From: Coleofasciculus chthonoplastes F2-STO-03
Lineage (GTDB): Bacteria > Cyanobacteriota > Cyanobacteriia > Cyanobacteriales > Coleofasciculaceae
Direction of reading: 5' to 3'
Length of the DNA stretch: 64,000 nucleotides
NCBI GenBank assembly: GCA_040222015.1
Contig: JAVJWO010000193.1
Location: 32,001 to 96,000 of the forward strand
The position numbers and the translations under genes were made by a program. Below the pieces are notes generated by a model. It did not search any database and was not told where the DNA came from. It saw nothing but the letters and a program-made list of their open reading frames with translations. Positions 51,205 to 62,728 of the stretch are shown one piece after another. How positions within the stretch are numbered: the stretch's first letter is position 1; each line of letters opens with the position of its first letter.

Positions 51205-51897
51205 ATGAAACTATCAGTGATCATACCTTGCTATAACGAAGTAGGAACCATTGGTAAAGTTATTGAATCGGTAAAAGCATCTCCCGTGAGAGATATTGAA
51301 ATTATTATAGTTGACGACTGTTCAAAAGACGGTACAAGAGAACTCCTACAATCAAAACTAGAAGCCCAGGTTGATCGTGTCATTTACCATCGAAAAAATC
51401 AAGGCAAAGGAGCCGCTTTACGCAGCGGATTTGCTGCGGCAACGGGAGATATTGTAATTGTTCAAGATGCTGATCTAGAATACGATCCTCACGAATATCC
51501 GATAATGATCAATCCTATCCTTAAGGATAAAGCCGATGTTGTTTTTGGCTCGCGCTTTCAAGGAGGTAGACCTCACCGAGTTGTGTATTATTGGCACATG
51601 GTAGGCAACAAGTTTTTAACCACCTTGTCAAATATGCTCACGAATATCAATTTAACCGATATGGAAAGTTGCTATAAGGCATTTCGACGAGAGATTATTC
51701 AATCCATCAACATCAAAGAAAATCGATTTGGCTTTGAACCCGAAATAACGGCAAAGGTGGCGAAAACGAATTGTCGTATTTACGAAGTTGGCATATCCTA
51801 TTATGGTCGAACCTATAAGGAAGGTAAAAAAATAGGATGGAAAGATGGGGTTATAGCCATTTATTGTATCCTGAAGTACAATGTTTTCAGAAATTGA
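51205..51897 (+). CDS. GT2 polyprenol-phosphate glycosyltransferase (DPM-synthase-like)
   Basis: [32 protein letters not shown]. Confidence 0.93.
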   Translation: MKLSVIIPCYNEVGTIGKVIESVKASPVRDIEIIIVDDCSKDGTRELLQSKLEAQVDRVIYHRKNQGKGAALRSGFAAATGDIVIVQDADLEYDPHEYPIMINPILKDKADVVFGSRFQGGRPHRVVYYWHMVGNKFLTTLSNMLTNINLTDMESCYKAFRREIIQSINIKENRFGFEPEITAKVAKTNCRIYEVGISYYGRTYKEGKKIGWKDGVIAIYCILKYNVFRN

Positions 51898-51941
51898 AAT
51901 TTTTCTAGTAATTTTTTATTGTGATTTTGGGTTACTGTATC

Positions 51942-53756
51942 ATGAATGTATTCAGGGAATTAAATAAATTTAACTATAAATTGAATGAAATTTCTCCAAA
52001 AGTAAAATGCATGATTATATTTTTTATTAGCTTGACAATTTATTTAATAAATGATCGGACAATTAGCTCAGGTGATACCGTCCCTAACTCACTGTTGGTA
52101 TTTAATTTATTAGAAAATAAAACCTTAAACTTTGATGCATTTAGAACCAGCTATTTTGCCAACGGTGGTTCTTTACATTATTCTTTTGTAGAAGCACAGA
52201 ATGGACATTTGACATCGGTTTACCCCATAGGTGCAGCAATTTTAACGTCACCTATATACGTAATTTTTTATGGTTTTTTAAAGCTGTTTCATGTTTCCGT
52301 TGAATTAACGCAGTCAAGTTTTGAACCCTATAGATTGTTTTTTGAAAAGCTGGCAGCAACTTTAGTAACTGCCAGTTCTGTTGTGGTCTTTTACTTAGCC
52401 ACTAAATTGAAATTTAGCGAAAAAATTGCAGTTATTTCAACTTTCATATTTGCTTTTGCTACAAATACATGGATGACGAGTTCTCAAGGTTTATGGCAAC
52501 ATGGATCATCTAACTTAGCCGTTATCGTAATTATATTCTGTTTGCTCAAAGTTAATCATACGACTGTTCAAAAAAAGAAATTTTCATTCTTAATTGTTGC
52601 GGGAATAATGGAGGGATTGTTGCCGATAATTCGTCCCACAAGTACATTATTTTTAGTCGCAGCTTTAGCATACTCTGTGGTAATAAATCGATTCAATACT
52701 TTGTTTTTTTTGTTAGGAATGCTGTCAATATCGCCAGGTTTAATGTGGAACAGTTACTACTTTAATAACTTAACAGGAGGATATTCCCAGGTTGGTCGAT
52801 CTTGGTATTCATTTACTCTCGATACTTTTTTAGAATCTTCATTAGGTACTTTAATAAGCCCCAGTCGGGGTGTTTTAATATTTTCTCCAATCCTCATCTA
52901 TTCTTTTATCGGAGCCTACAAACTATTTAAACATAGATTTAGGAAAGATGAGCAATTAATACTATGCATGACGACTGCCGTTATACTATTATTTTTGAAT
53001 TATTGTTTTTATCTTGTGTGGTGGGCTGGACATAGTTATGGTCCAAGGTTCATGACCGATATTATGCCTGTTGCTTGCTATCTCATAAATTACTCTCTGA
53101 TTGATGTCAGCCAAAAACCTGTTATTTATAAAAAGAGAATTTTTAGTTATTTTGTATTTTTATCACTGCTGATGTTTTCGTTATTTACTCAGATTGTAGG
53201 CGCATTTGGTCATAAAGGTTTTGATTGGAATGGTTATCCTCTCAACATAGATACCTACAGATTCAGACTCTGGCAACTAAAAGATAATCAGATAGAAAGA
53301 CACGCCAATGCATTATTCCACAGAATATTTGCTCCTCCTGTAAAGACTAACAAATATATCAATGGTTTGAGTGGAAGTATAGAAGCGATAGAATTTGCTA
53401 ATCAAAAAACTACAAATAAAAATTTGATTCTGTCAGCAAAATCAAAAATTTTACTAAAAGCTAAAGTAAAAAATACAGGGTATTCTCAATGGTTTGGCTA
53501 TCAGTCAGCGATTCGTAAAGGAGAAACCCGCGTCAGAGTTGTTTTCTACGATATCCAGAACAATTTAGTCAAAGAAAGCTACTTATATGTATCAGGTTTA
53601 GTCAGTCAAGGCGAGACAACCCAAGCAATTGGAACGGTTATTATTCCTGAACAACCAGGAGTATACAACATGGTTTTGGAATTGGTTTCTGATCATAACG
53701 TCATGTTTCCAGAAAATCATGGAAATCCCTATAATTTACAGGTTGTGGTAAAATAA
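51942..53756 (+). CDS. GT-C-like membrane protein with C-terminal Ig-like domain
   Basis: SSGDTVPN, SQGLWQH, SPSRG..FSP, WWAGHSYGPRF, KVKNTG..W..PGVY. Confidence 0.7.
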   Translation: MNVFRELNKFNYKLNEISPKVKCMIIFFISLTIYLINDRTISSGDTVPNSLLVFNLLENKTLNFDAFRTSYFANGGSLHYSFVEAQNGHLTSVYPIGAAILTSPIYVIFYGFLKLFHVSVELTQSSFEPYRLFFEKLAATLVTASSVVVFYLATKLKFSEKIAVISTFIFAFATNTWMTSSQGLWQHGSSNLAVIVIIFCLLKVNHTTVQKKKFSFLIVAGIMEGLLPIIRPTSTLFLVAALAYSVVINRFNTLFFLLGMLSISPGLMWNSYYFNNLTGGYSQVGRSWYSFTLDTFLESSLGTLISPSRGVLIFSPILIYSFIGAYKLFKHRFRKDEQLILCMTTAVILLFLNYCFYLVWWAGHSYGPRFMTDIMPVACYLINYSLIDVSQKPVIYKKRIFSYFVFLSLLMFSLFTQIVGAFGHKGFDWNGYPLNIDTYRFRLWQLKDNQIERHANALFHRIFAPPVKTNKYINGLSGSIEAIEFANQKTTNKNLILSAKSKILLKAKVKNTGYSQWFGYQSAIRKGETRVRVVFYDIQNNLVKESYLYVSGLVSQGETTQAIGTVIIPEQPGVYNMVLELVSDHNVMFPENHGNPYNLQVVVK

Positions 53757-53863
53757 TATCTTAAATTAGCAAACATCTATTAAATTAGATAAAATCGGGT
53801 TAAAGCAATGAAAATCAATACTACATTTTTTTGAACAACCCCCCAGTAAGTTGATGACTATTT

Positions 53864-55015
53864 ATGTATCACATTGGAATTGATGTTACTCCTCTATCCA
53901 GTAAACCCAGTGGGATCAGTTTTTACGTGGCCAACCTAATCCGTTATCTTTATCCTCTCCAATACCACAAAAATTTTCAACTTGCATTAATTTACCAACC
54001 TAGACTCAGAAACTGGCTACGCCGCTGCCGAGATTTTCCCAACTCACTTTCTAGCTATTCAAACCGCTATTTTCTGCCTTTACCCGTTAGAATTACTAAC
54101 ATTATTCTTGATTACTTTCCCGGCATTTTCTCAAGCCATCTCGGACATGATCTGGACTATCCCACAATTGTACATGGGACGAACTATACCATTTTTCCTT
54201 ATCCGAATACTCTAAAAGTCATGACGATTTATGACCTTACCTTTATTAAATATCCTGATTATATTGATTCTGTGGTTAAGACCTATTCAAAGCGCGTACA
54301 AAAATGTTTAACTTGGACTGATTTAGTGATCACAATCTCCGAAAGCTCCAAAAATGATATTATAGAATATCTCAACGTTAATCCCAACCGCATCCACGTC
54401 ACGCCCCTAGCCAGCCGCTACTCTTCTGATGACCTATTTATTCCATCCAACCCATCCGTTAACTACGACTTCTCCCACCCCTATATTCTCTTTGTCAGCA
54501 CCATCGAACCGAGAAAAAATGTCACCACCCTAATTTCGGCTTTTAACTATCTTAAACAAAAACATAAAATCGAGCATCATCTAATTATTATTGGTCAAAA
54601 AGGCTGGCATCACAAACCTATATTTGCCGCCATTGAAAACTCTCCCTGGACTCATCATATTCATCATCTGGACTACCTTTCAGATGAACTTGTCGCCCTT
54701 TTCTACTCTAAAGCTGATGTCTTTGTTTATCCCTCCCACTACGAAGGCTTTGGTCTTCCGGTTCTCGAAGCCATGACCCTGGGCGCACCTGTGGTTACCT
54801 CCAATACCTCCTCTCTTCCGGAAGTCGCTGGAGATGCAGCCCTTCTCATTGACCCTAATGACCCAATCCAATTAGCTGAGGCTATCTTAAAAATTATCAG
54901 TGACACCCAATTCCGCCAGGACTTAATTCAAAAGGGCAAAGCAAGAGCTAAACTATTCTCTTGGGAAAGAACGGCGAAAGAAACCCTAAACGCCTATAAA
55001 TCTCTACTCAGTTAA
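53864..55015 (+). CDS. GT4 glycosyltransferase (mannosyltransferase-like)
   Basis: [21 protein letters not shown]. Confidence 0.93.
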   Translation: MYHIGIDVTPLSSKPSGISFYVANLIRYLYPLQYHKNFQLALIYQPRLRNWLRRCRDFPNSLSSYSNRYFLPLPVRITNIILDYFPGIFSSHLGHDLDYPTIVHGTNYTIFPYPNTLKVMTIYDLTFIKYPDYIDSVVKTYSKRVQKCLTWTDLVITISESSKNDIIEYLNVNPNRIHVTPLASRYSSDDLFIPSNPSVNYDFSHPYILFVSTIEPRKNVTTLISAFNYLKQKHKIEHHLIIIGQKGWHHKPIFAAIENSPWTHHIHHLDYLSDELVALFYSKADVFVYPSHYEGFGLPVLEAMTLGAPVVTSNTSSLPEVAGDAALLIDPNDPIQLAEAILKIISDTQFRQDLIQKGKARAKLFSWERTAKETLNAYKSLLS

Positions 55016-55041
55016 TAAATTCTTCAATCAATTATTCAACC

Positions 55042-56199
55042 TTGTCTTCTCCCCTATTAATCAACCTCTCCATCCTCTTTTCCCAACCCACTGGCATCGC
55101 CACGTATGCTGCCAACGTATTCCCCTACTTAAAACCCCTGAATCCCACTCTGCTCATTTCACCCGTCGCGTCAAACCACTTCCCCCTCGCCTCTAACTTT
55201 CACAGCTACCCTGTTCCCGCCAATCTCAGCCCCGCCCACGGAACAAAAGGACACTTCCGTCGCCTGTTATGGACTCAACTCCAACTTCCCCGCCTCTACC
55301 AAAGCTTAAACTCTTCCCTCCTCTTTTCTCCCATCCCCGAAGCCCCCCTTAATAGCAAGTGTCGCTATGTGGTAATGGTTCATGACCTAATCCCACTACG
55401 CTTTCCCAAACCTAACTCTCCCCTCACCCCCTACTTCCGTTACTATATCCCCCAAGTCCTCACCCAAGCCCAACACATTGTTTGTAACTCCACCGCCACC
55501 GCCAGAGACATTACCGACTATTACCCCATCCCCGCCACCAAAATCACGCCCATTCCCCTAGCTTACGACGCCAACCACTTTCGCCCCCTCTGCGCCCCTC
55601 TGCGTCAACCTCTGCGCCCCTCTGCGTTTCAAAACAATCCCAATGAAGCAACTCCAGCTAACGATAACCCCTACTTCCTCTACATTGGACGCCATGACCC
55701 CTATAAAAACCTACACCGACTGATCAACGCCTTTGCCACACTTCCCAACTGCGGCGACTATGAACTGTGGATCGCGGGGTCAAGTGACAAACGATACACC
55801 CCTAACCTTCAAGCCCAAGCCAACCACCTCGGTTTAAACCATCAGGTTAAATTCCTCAACTATGTTCCCTACAACCAACTGCCCATACTTCTAAATAACG
55901 CGATCGCACTTATCTTCCCCAGCCTCTGGGAAGGCTTTGGACTCCCGGTTCTAGAAGCCATGGCGTGTGGGACTCCCGTAATCACCTCCAACCTCTCCGC
56001 CCTCCCCGAAGTCGCAGGCGACGCGGCTATCCTAGTGAACCCCTACAACACCCTGGAACTCACCGCCGCCATGCACTCTATCGCCACCGACAGCCAACTG
56101 CGATCGCGCCTTAGCACCCTCGGACTTCAACGTGCCCGTCAATTCAGGTGGGCAAAAACTGGACAGAAAACGATTGAAGTCCTGCAAAACTATCTTTAA
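55042..56199 (+). CDS. GT4 glycosyltransferase (mannosyltransferase-like)
   Basis: [21 protein letters not shown]. Confidence 0.93.
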   Translation: MSSPLLINLSILFSQPTGIATYAANVFPYLKPLNPTLLISPVASNHFPLASNFHSYPVPANLSPAHGTKGHFRRLLWTQLQLPRLYQSLNSSLLFSPIPEAPLNSKCRYVVMVHDLIPLRFPKPNSPLTPYFRYYIPQVLTQAQHIVCNSTATARDITDYYPIPATKITPIPLAYDANHFRPLCAPLRQPLRPSAFQNNPNEATPANDNPYFLYIGRHDPYKNLHRLINAFATLPNCGDYELWIAGSSDKRYTPNLQAQANHLGLNHQVKFLNYVPYNQLPILLNNAIALIFPSLWEGFGLPVLEAMACGTPVITSNLSALPEVAGDAAILVNPYNTLELTAAMHSIATDSQLRSRLSTLGLQRARQFRWAKTGQKTIEVLQNYL

Positions 56200-56287
56200 A
56201 AAAAAAGAGGGATTTACCCTCTGTTCAAACCAAAAAAATTCTTGCCCAAAAAATTCTTGGATGTATAAACCTGTCCTGACGCCGGAA

Positions 56288-57259
56288 TTACTCTTCCGTC
56301 GCTGACACAAACTCTTCTTCTTCAATCCCCTCTTCTTGAGATTCAGGATTAACGCCTTCTTGTTGTGCCAGCATCTTCTCCCGATACTTCTGAGCCATTT
56401 CTTCTGCCTTATCGTAGACTTGATCCCGATTGTTGATCATATCTCCCGGTTCAGGTTCCAACTGCTTTGTTGACAGCGAAATCCGACCGCGTTCGGCATC
56501 CAAGTCAATGATCATCACTTTCAATTCATCATTGACATTAAACACACTATGAGGCGTGTCAATATGATCATGAGAAATTTCCGAAATGTGGAGCAATCCG
56601 CTCACACCACCAATATCAATGAACGCACCGTAAGGCTTAATACCCCGTACTGAACCAACGACCACTTCACCAACTTCTAAACGGTTCATCTTGCGCTCAA
56701 CCAAAGCGCGACGGTGAGAGAGAACCAAACGGTTTCGGTCTTCGTCTACCTCTAAGAATTTCAGTGGCAGTTCTTCGCCAACTAAATCTTCTTTCGGTTT
56801 GCGAGTGCTAATGTGGGAACCGGGAATAAAACCTCGTAGCCCTTCAATGCGAACCAGCGCCCCACCTCGGTTTGTGGCAAAAACCAAAGAACGAACGGTC
56901 GCGTCTTCAGTTTGAAGCTGGCGCACCCGCTCCCAAGCCCGCATATACTCAATACGCCGAATGGAAAGGGTGAGTTGTCCATCTTCATTCTCGTCAGTCA
57001 AAATGAAAAATTCTCGCGTTTCATTTGACTGCAAAACTTCTTCGGGAGCGTCAACCCGATTAATTGACATCTCCTGTATGGGAATATAAGCGGCGGTTTT
57101 AGCACCAATGTCAATCAGAGCGCCTCTTGGCTCCAGACTGAATACTGTACCTGCGACAATATCACCAGGGCTAAAGTGATAATCATATTTGTCGAGGAGG
57201 GCGGCAAAATCGTCGTGAGTGAAGCCAATATCTATTGTATTTGTGTTCTGACTGAGCAT
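56288..57259 (-). CDS. rps1: 30S ribosomal protein S1
   Basis: GFTHDDFAALLDKYDYHF, three S1 domains; start placed at MLSQNT. Confidence 0.96.
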   Translation of the reverse strand: MLSQNTNTIDIGFTHDDFAALLDKYDYHFSPGDIVAGTVFSLEPRGALIDIGAKTAAYIPIQEMSINRVDAPEEVLQSNETREFFILTDENEDGQLTLSIRRIEYMRAWERVRQLQTEDATVRSLVFATNRGGALVRIEGLRGFIPGSHISTRKPKEDLVGEELPLKFLEVDEDRNRLVLSHRRALVERKMNRLEVGEVVVGSVRGIKPYGAFIDIGGVSGLLHISEISHDHIDTPHSVFNVNDELKVMIIDLDAERGRISLSTKQLEPEPGDMINNRDQVYDKAEEMAQKYREKMLAQQEGVNPESQEEGIEEEEFVSATEE

Positions 57260-57425
57260 GTGCGTTGTGTTTCCTTGTTTAATCTCCGTAATGACTATGC
57301 CTCCTGTCGATGTACTCGCACGTCGGTATTGTGCCACCTACACCTACATTGCTTTGTCTCAACCTAACCTTATTTTAAAAGATTTAATAAAGTCCAGACA
57401 GGTAATTATAACTCAATCTGGATTA

Positions 57426-59144
57426 CCGCTCATTCGTGTATGGACAAAACTACCCAAAGCTAGATAATTTGACCATATCGCATCCTAGCGGCTAGATGCT
57501 ATTGCCTGTTCAAAGTGCCTGACGGCTTGCCTCTGACTCGATCTGAGTTACAGACTCAATCAGAGGCTTGACCTTGAACTCCCAGTTAGAGACACTGTAG
57601 AAGTCATGGCGTGACATCCCAGTGAGGACTTTATTCAGTTGGTTGATCCCGCTCCATACGTGCTTACGCGGATTCACTCCGAGCAAGGCGGTTATGGAGC
57701 GGGGTAATCGTTCAGACAAATTCATGGCTCTACGTGCCAATACTAATGCGGCAGCTTCATCGCTCCCCATACCATACATTCGAGCATATTTCACCAAAGC
57801 TAAGAAGCTAGACCATGCTGGATTACGGCGAATGACTTCAATTCCTGCATTCCCACATTGCAACACTAATTGCTCTATAAATCGACTGTAGGCAAAGTTT
57901 GACAACATTCGAGAATACTTTTTACCACGCTCACGTAATTGTGTTTTTTTAGTGTTGAAGTCGAGATTCTCAAAGCAAATTGGCACTCCAAAGTACAAAG
58001 CCAGATTTACCAATGAATTGCAAACATCCGCAATAATGGCGATGGTTTGACCGCGCCGTTTAGAACTGACATCAAACGATAAACGTCCTTTAGTAACCAA
58101 ATTCCCGTCATGATCTACCGCAGCATAGCCAATAGATTTTGGATTGATGTCAATCCCAATACAACCATATTGCCGAGGTTTGGTGACTCGCTTCGGTACA
58201 CTCAGGTCAACTGTGACTGCCCAAAACCAGCGCAAATCCTTGGCGTAGAATCGGTGCGTCATTGCCACGCCGTAGCGGATTGGCGTTTGATATCCGGTCT
58301 TCTTATTCGTAGTGAATCCAGGCGTTGACAATGCTTGTTCTAGTTTGTTCTGACCATAAGGAAACGGATCAACCGAACATTCTAATATCTCACCATACTT
58401 TGTTTTTAGGCATTCTGGAACACGGAGCTTGAGGGTAGCACCATCGAATTGAAAAACCTGATTACCACAGGTTTCACCTTTGGAACCGAGAAAGAGGCAG
58501 TCAGGTTGTTTACTGATAGTGACTTGAATCGGAGCTGTTTTTAATGCTGATATTTGACTTTCTAGGTGCGTGATGTATCGCTTTTTGTGATGAATAGCAA
58601 ATCGCTTACTTTGCCATGAGGTTCTGTGCGTATCAAGGTAACAGAACAGTTTTAGATTTGTCGATTGTTTTTTGTTTTGCCACTTGCCAGAGTAATGCTT
58701 ACGAGAGTCTTTTAACGACTTTTCAGCCCTGCGTAACCAGTCTTTAGCCGATTTGAGCTTGCCTTCGAGTTGCTTAATGTGGTTGACATGGCATTTCTTA
58801 GCAGAGTCAATTTTCCCATCTGCATCTGCAATCACCGCGCCGGCTTGACGCTTGTTGATTTTGAAAGTCTGTTGAATTAGTGTGTTTAGCTTTGATTTGT
58901 TGCTGAAACCTTTAAGACGCTGATTGACAGTGAAGATCAAGGCAAACCGATAAACCTCGCTGTAATCAGCTATGAAATTTTGCACAATGACAGGCAATTG
59001 ATCGGTTGCGTAAGTCTTCATAACCATTCATTTTCTTGAGATAAATCATCCATAATGCTACCAAGTTAATGACTTACCTCAATATATAGACGTTCCGGGA
59101 GTTTTGTCTAGTTCTGGGTAGAAATTACCGAACAGCTTCTAACC
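57426..59144 (-). mobile_element. Non-autonomous IS607-type TnpB element
   Basis: Left end AGGG/GTTAGAAGCTGTTCGG; right end ..GAATGAGCGG; shared subterminal repeats CTACCCA.A.CTAGA / GACAAAACT.CCC inverted at the two ends; no tnpA. Confidence 0.7.
57510..59027 (-). CDS. tnpB: TnpB-related RuvC nuclease lacking the zinc finger
   Basis: IGIDINP (RuvC-I), FENLDF (RuvC-II), NPAWSS..KY..SDEAAALVLARR (RuvC-III). Confidence 0.85.
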   Translation of the reverse strand: MVMKTYATDQLPVIVQNFIADYSEVYRFALIFTVNQRLKGFSNKSKLNTLIQQTFKINKRQAGAVIADADGKIDSAKKCHVNHIKQLEGKLKSAKDWLRRAEKSLKDSRKHYSGKWQNKKQSTNLKLFCYLDTHRTSWQSKRFAIHHKKRYITHLESQISALKTAPIQVTISKQPDCLFLGSKGETCGNQVFQFDGATLKLRVPECLKTKYGEILECSVDPFPYGQNKLEQALSTPGFTTNKKTGYQTPIRYGVAMTHRFYAKDLRWFWAVTVDLSVPKRVTKPRQYGCIGIDINPKSIGYAAVDHDGNLVTKGRLSFDVSSKRRGQTIAIIADVCNSLVNLALYFGVPICFENLDFNTKKTQLRERGKKYSRMLSNFAYSRFIEQLVLQCGNAGIEVIRRNPAWSSFLALVKYARMYGMGSDEAAALVLARRAMNLSERLPRSITALLGVNPRKHVWSGINQLNKVLTGMSRHDFYSVSNWEFKVKPLIESVTQIESEASRQAL

Positions 59145-59240
59145 CCTGTTGAGATCGAGAATTACACAAAACTTTATAAAGATAGATTATCCTAAATCGC
59201 GAACTGATCAAACTGCTGTCTGCTAAGGATTGGGCGTCCC

Positions 59241-59813
59241 TTACTGTAAAACCTGTTGCTCCTCTGAGGTGGGAATAACCAGGGAGGCTGATGTCTCCGA
59301 ATCATCAGACTCGTTGGGGATAGCGGGTGGTATAGGCGACATCCCTGGCTTGTCTAGTTCAGCATTATTTCTGAGATGCTCTAGGGTTTCGATAAAATCG
59401 CGAATGCCCTGAAACTTCCGATAAACTGAGGCAAACCGGACATACGCTACTTCACTCTCGTGTCGTAGGTAGCGCAGGACTAACTCACCCACTTCATCAC
59501 TGGTGACATCCCGCCCATAGTGCTGCTGAACTTCAGCTTCAATCTCATCGACTATCGCTTCTAGGCGTCGTTGGGAAACTCCTGTTTTCTCACAAGCTCG
59601 CACCATTCCCCGTAATAACTTAGAACGGTCGAAAGATTCTCGCTTACCATCCCGCTTCAGAACAGTAATCGGCACAAATTCAATCCGCTCATAAGTCGTG
59701 AAGCGATGTTTACAAAGCAAACACTCCCGACGACGCCGAACACTTTGTCCTGCTTCTGTTGAACGAGACTCCAAAACGCGGCTGTCGGTGTGCTGACAAT
59801 AGGGGCATCGCAT
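59241..59813 (-). CDS. nrdR: Transcriptional repressor NrdR
   Basis: MRCPYC..SR..RRRRECxxC..FTTYE, ATP cone, AYVRFASVY. Confidence 0.97.
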   Translation of the reverse strand: MRCPYCQHTDSRVLESRSTEAGQSVRRRRECLLCKHRFTTYERIEFVPITVLKRDGKRESFDRSKLLRGMVRACEKTGVSQRRLEAIVDEIEAEVQQHYGRDVTSDEVGELVLRYLRHESEVAYVRFASVYRKFQGIRDFIETLEHLRNNAELDKPGMSPIPPAIPNESDDSETSASLVIPTSEEQQVLQ

Positions 59814-60025
59814 AATAGCAAGTCTTTTCCGACTGGTTAAATACAGAAAATTGAGCCGATACGAGTCTATCTAATGTCCTCCTGCTCAAATCCCTGTCGG
59901 CAAAAGTAATCAGATAGACTCATGTAGGCTCAGGGTATCCTAGAAAGCTGATCAAATTCACGATTAATCATAATCATCAGGGAGACGATGGCGCTCTTCC
60001 GGAGAGAAGACAGCGCCACAGGGAT

Positions 60026-60121
60026 CTACTTTTCAATCCGAGGCGGTTCCCGGAACGCGATCGCAAAAAACAGAACGCCTAGAGCGCCAATCAAAACAAA
60101 GATATAAATGAGGCTTTCCAT
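60026..60121 (-). CDS. psbT: Photosystem II protein PsbT
   Basis: Hand translation [31 protein letters not shown], directly downstream of psbB. Confidence 0.97.
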   Translation of the reverse strand: MESLIYIFVLIGALGVLFFAIAFREPPRIEK

Positions 60122-60190
60122 GTCACAACTTACCCAATTATCTGCTGTACTACCAGTTTACCTTGCTCAGTCAACCAGAATAGCGAAAGA

Positions 60191-60220
60191 GGCAAAAGAA
60201 AAATTAATTTTTCTTTTGCC
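60191..60220 (-). terminator. Hairpin between psbB and psbT (terminator or transcript-stabilising)
   Basis: Perfect palindrome GGCAAAAGAAAAATT-AATTTTTCTTTTGCC. Confidence 0.5.
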
Positions 60221-60280
60221 CTCAATGATTATGGTAGAGACGCGCCATGGCGCGTCTCTACGAGTAGGGGTCTGAAATGT

Positions 60281-61810
60281 TTAGACCGCTTCTTTCTTCC
60301 GAGTGGTCTTATCACCCACTTTCTGGAACAGACCGAATTCGACTTGTTCCTCTAGGTCAGCATCAACCCCAGCAAATACATCTCGGAACAGAGTCCGGGA
60401 ACCATGCCAGATATGACCAAAGAAGAACAACAGAGCAAATACCGCATGACCGAAGGTGAACCAACCTCGTGGACTGGTACGGAATACCCCATCCGAGTTT
60501 AAGGTTTCACGATCAAATTCAAACGGTTCACCCAGTTGAGCTTTACGGGCATACTGCTTAACAACAGCAGGCTCTTCAATGGTTTGACCATCCAAAAGAC
60601 CACCGTAGAATGTCGCTGTAACACCAGTTTGCTCAAAGCTATATTTCGACTCAGCCCGTCGGAAGGGGATGTCCGCCCGAACCACACCATTGGCATCCGT
60701 CAAGACAACCGGGAAGGTTTCAAAGAAGTTGGGCATACGGCGCACCGTCAATTCCCGACCTTCGCCATCAGTAAATACTGGATGACCTAACCAAGCTTCG
60801 GCAATACCATCACCCTTGTCCATCGGACCAGTGCGGAACAAACCGCCCTTAGCTGGAGAGTTGCCAATATAGTCGTAGAACGCCAGCTTCTCCGGAATCT
60901 GATTCCACGCCTCTGAGGGGCTGACTCCGTCTGCCATCGCCATTTCCACACGGCGATCAATTTCTTCCTGGAAGTACCCTTGATCCCATTGGTACCGGGT
61001 TGGACCAAACAGTTCAATCGGCGTAGCCGCAGAACCGTACCACATCGTACCCGCGACCACAAACGCCGCAAAGAATACAGCAGCAATACTGCTAGATAGT
61101 ACGGTTTCAATATTCCCCATCCGCAGCGCTTTAAACAGTCGCTCTGGGGGTCGAACGGTCAAGTGGAATAACCCAGCAATAATTCCGACAATCCCTGCGG
61201 CAATATGGTGAGCCACAATACCACCCGGGTTAAAGGGATTAAATCCTTCTGGACCCCAGGCTGGGGCTACAGGTTGAACACTACCCGTGAGACCGTAAGG
61301 ATCAGACACCCACATTCCTGGACCAAACAGTCCAGTCTGGTGAAACGCCCCAAAGCCAAAGCAGAGAAGACCAGATAAGAACAGGTGAATGCCAAACATT
61401 TTTGGCAAATCCAGCGCCGGTTCGCCCGTGCGAGGATCTCTAAACAGTTCTAAATCCCAGTAAACCCAATGCCAGCAGGCGGCTAAGAACAACAGACCTG
61501 CCAGAACAATGTGAGCAGCGGCGACGCCTTCAAATGACCAAAAGCCGACATCTGTCGCTGTTTCGCCACTAATACTCCAACCCCGCCAGGAGTCAGTGAC
61601 CCCTAAACGCGCCATGAACGGCATCACGAACATCCCTTGACGCCACATGGGATTGAGGACTGGATCACTCGGATCAAATGTGGCTAGTTCGTATAGAGCC
61701 ATCGAACCAGCCCAGCCTGCCACGAGGGCAGTGTGCATCAAATGCACAGCAATCAGACGCCCTGGATCATTCAGGACGACTGTATGTACTCGATACCACG
61801 GTAGTCCCAT
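60281..61810 (-). CDS. psbB: Photosystem II CP47 protein
   Basis: [19 protein letters not shown]..., full length 509 aa. Confidence 0.99.
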   Translation of the reverse strand: MGLPWYRVHTVVLNDPGRLIAVHLMHTALVAGWAGSMALYELATFDPSDPVLNPMWRQGMFVMPFMARLGVTDSWRGWSISGETATDVGFWSFEGVAAAHIVLAGLLFLAACWHWVYWDLELFRDPRTGEPALDLPKMFGIHLFLSGLLCFGFGAFHQTGLFGPGMWVSDPYGLTGSVQPVAPAWGPEGFNPFNPGGIVAHHIAAGIVGIIAGLFHLTVRPPERLFKALRMGNIETVLSSSIAAVFFAAFVVAGTMWYGSAATPIELFGPTRYQWDQGYFQEEIDRRVEMAMADGVSPSEAWNQIPEKLAFYDYIGNSPAKGGLFRTGPMDKGDGIAEAWLGHPVFTDGEGRELTVRRMPNFFETFPVVLTDANGVVRADIPFRRAESKYSFEQTGVTATFYGGLLDGQTIEEPAVVKQYARKAQLGEPFEFDRETLNSDGVFRTSPRGWFTFGHAVFALLFFFGHIWHGSRTLFRDVFAGVDADLEEQVEFGLFQKVGDKTTRKKEAV

Positions 61811-62117
61811 CGACTACGCTCCTCCTAGAGATAGAGTTTCTACTTTGACGCTTCTTTTGAATCAAGATATTAGAAATTGATCTTACCCGCCTAAAAGCGT
61901 GAACTGATGACCTTTTTCGGTTATCCTTCATGTTCCAAACAGCTAGGCGGGTTAGTCTTTGACTTTAAAGAAGTGTAACTTTTCTTAGAAACGATTGCAA
62001 GCAGGGGGAAAGTTTTTAGTGTTGACCCTTCGCTTCGGAAAGAGGGCATGGTATGTGAGTTACTCCCTCCCCTAGCTCCTCTGCTCCTCTACTCCGAGAG
62101 CTACGCGATCGCTTAAA

Positions 62118-62453
62118 TCACCCATCGCTAGTTTCTGAGGAGAGATTCAAAACACTCGGCGTCGTGGTTAATCGCTCAACCACTTGTTCTGCACTCATCA
62201 AGCGTTTGAGGACAACTTGACCAATAGTTTTTGTGGATTGGGGTGAAGCATCCGGTGTCGGTTTAACTTCTACCATCAATACCGCATCCTCAACCCGATA
62301 TAGCCATAACTTTTCCCCCTGTTCCAAGATGCAAAGGTTGAGACGGATGATTTCGGGTTCCCGTCGCCAAGCATTGACATTCCAAAGTCCTCCAAACTCC
62401 CAAACTCGTCCCACAGTCCAGCCATCGGATAGAAAAAAGTACTTTACAGACAT
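62118..62453 (-). CDS. Conserved cyanobacterial hypothetical protein
   Basis: KYFFLSDGWTVGRVW..TIGQVVLKRL; protein-like composition, upstream of psbB. Confidence 0.75.
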   Translation of the reverse strand: MSVKYFFLSDGWTVGRVWEFGGLWNVNAWRREPEIIRLNLCILEQGEKLWLYRVEDAVLMVEVKPTPDASPQSTKTIGQVVLKRLMSAEQVVERLTTTPSVLNLSSETSDG

Positions 62454-62728
62454 TTGTATTACATTTAGGAAACTGGTGTTCTAGTGCAGCATGGCAAAAG
62501 TTGTTTTGTTGTTTTAGTCTGTATTGATAATAGGGGAGATGGGGAAGATAGGGTAGATGAGAGAGATGGGGAGTCGGGGCGAGTTGAGTCGCATTCCTGC
62601 TGAGACCACGATAATAGTGAAAAGAACCCCTCCATACAACCAGGTTTCCTGGAGCGAACCGCAGGGTCAAAACTTTACCTTTCCCATTTTGCAGCAGGAT
62701 CAAACCAGAGTAGCTTGGAGGCTGGGCA

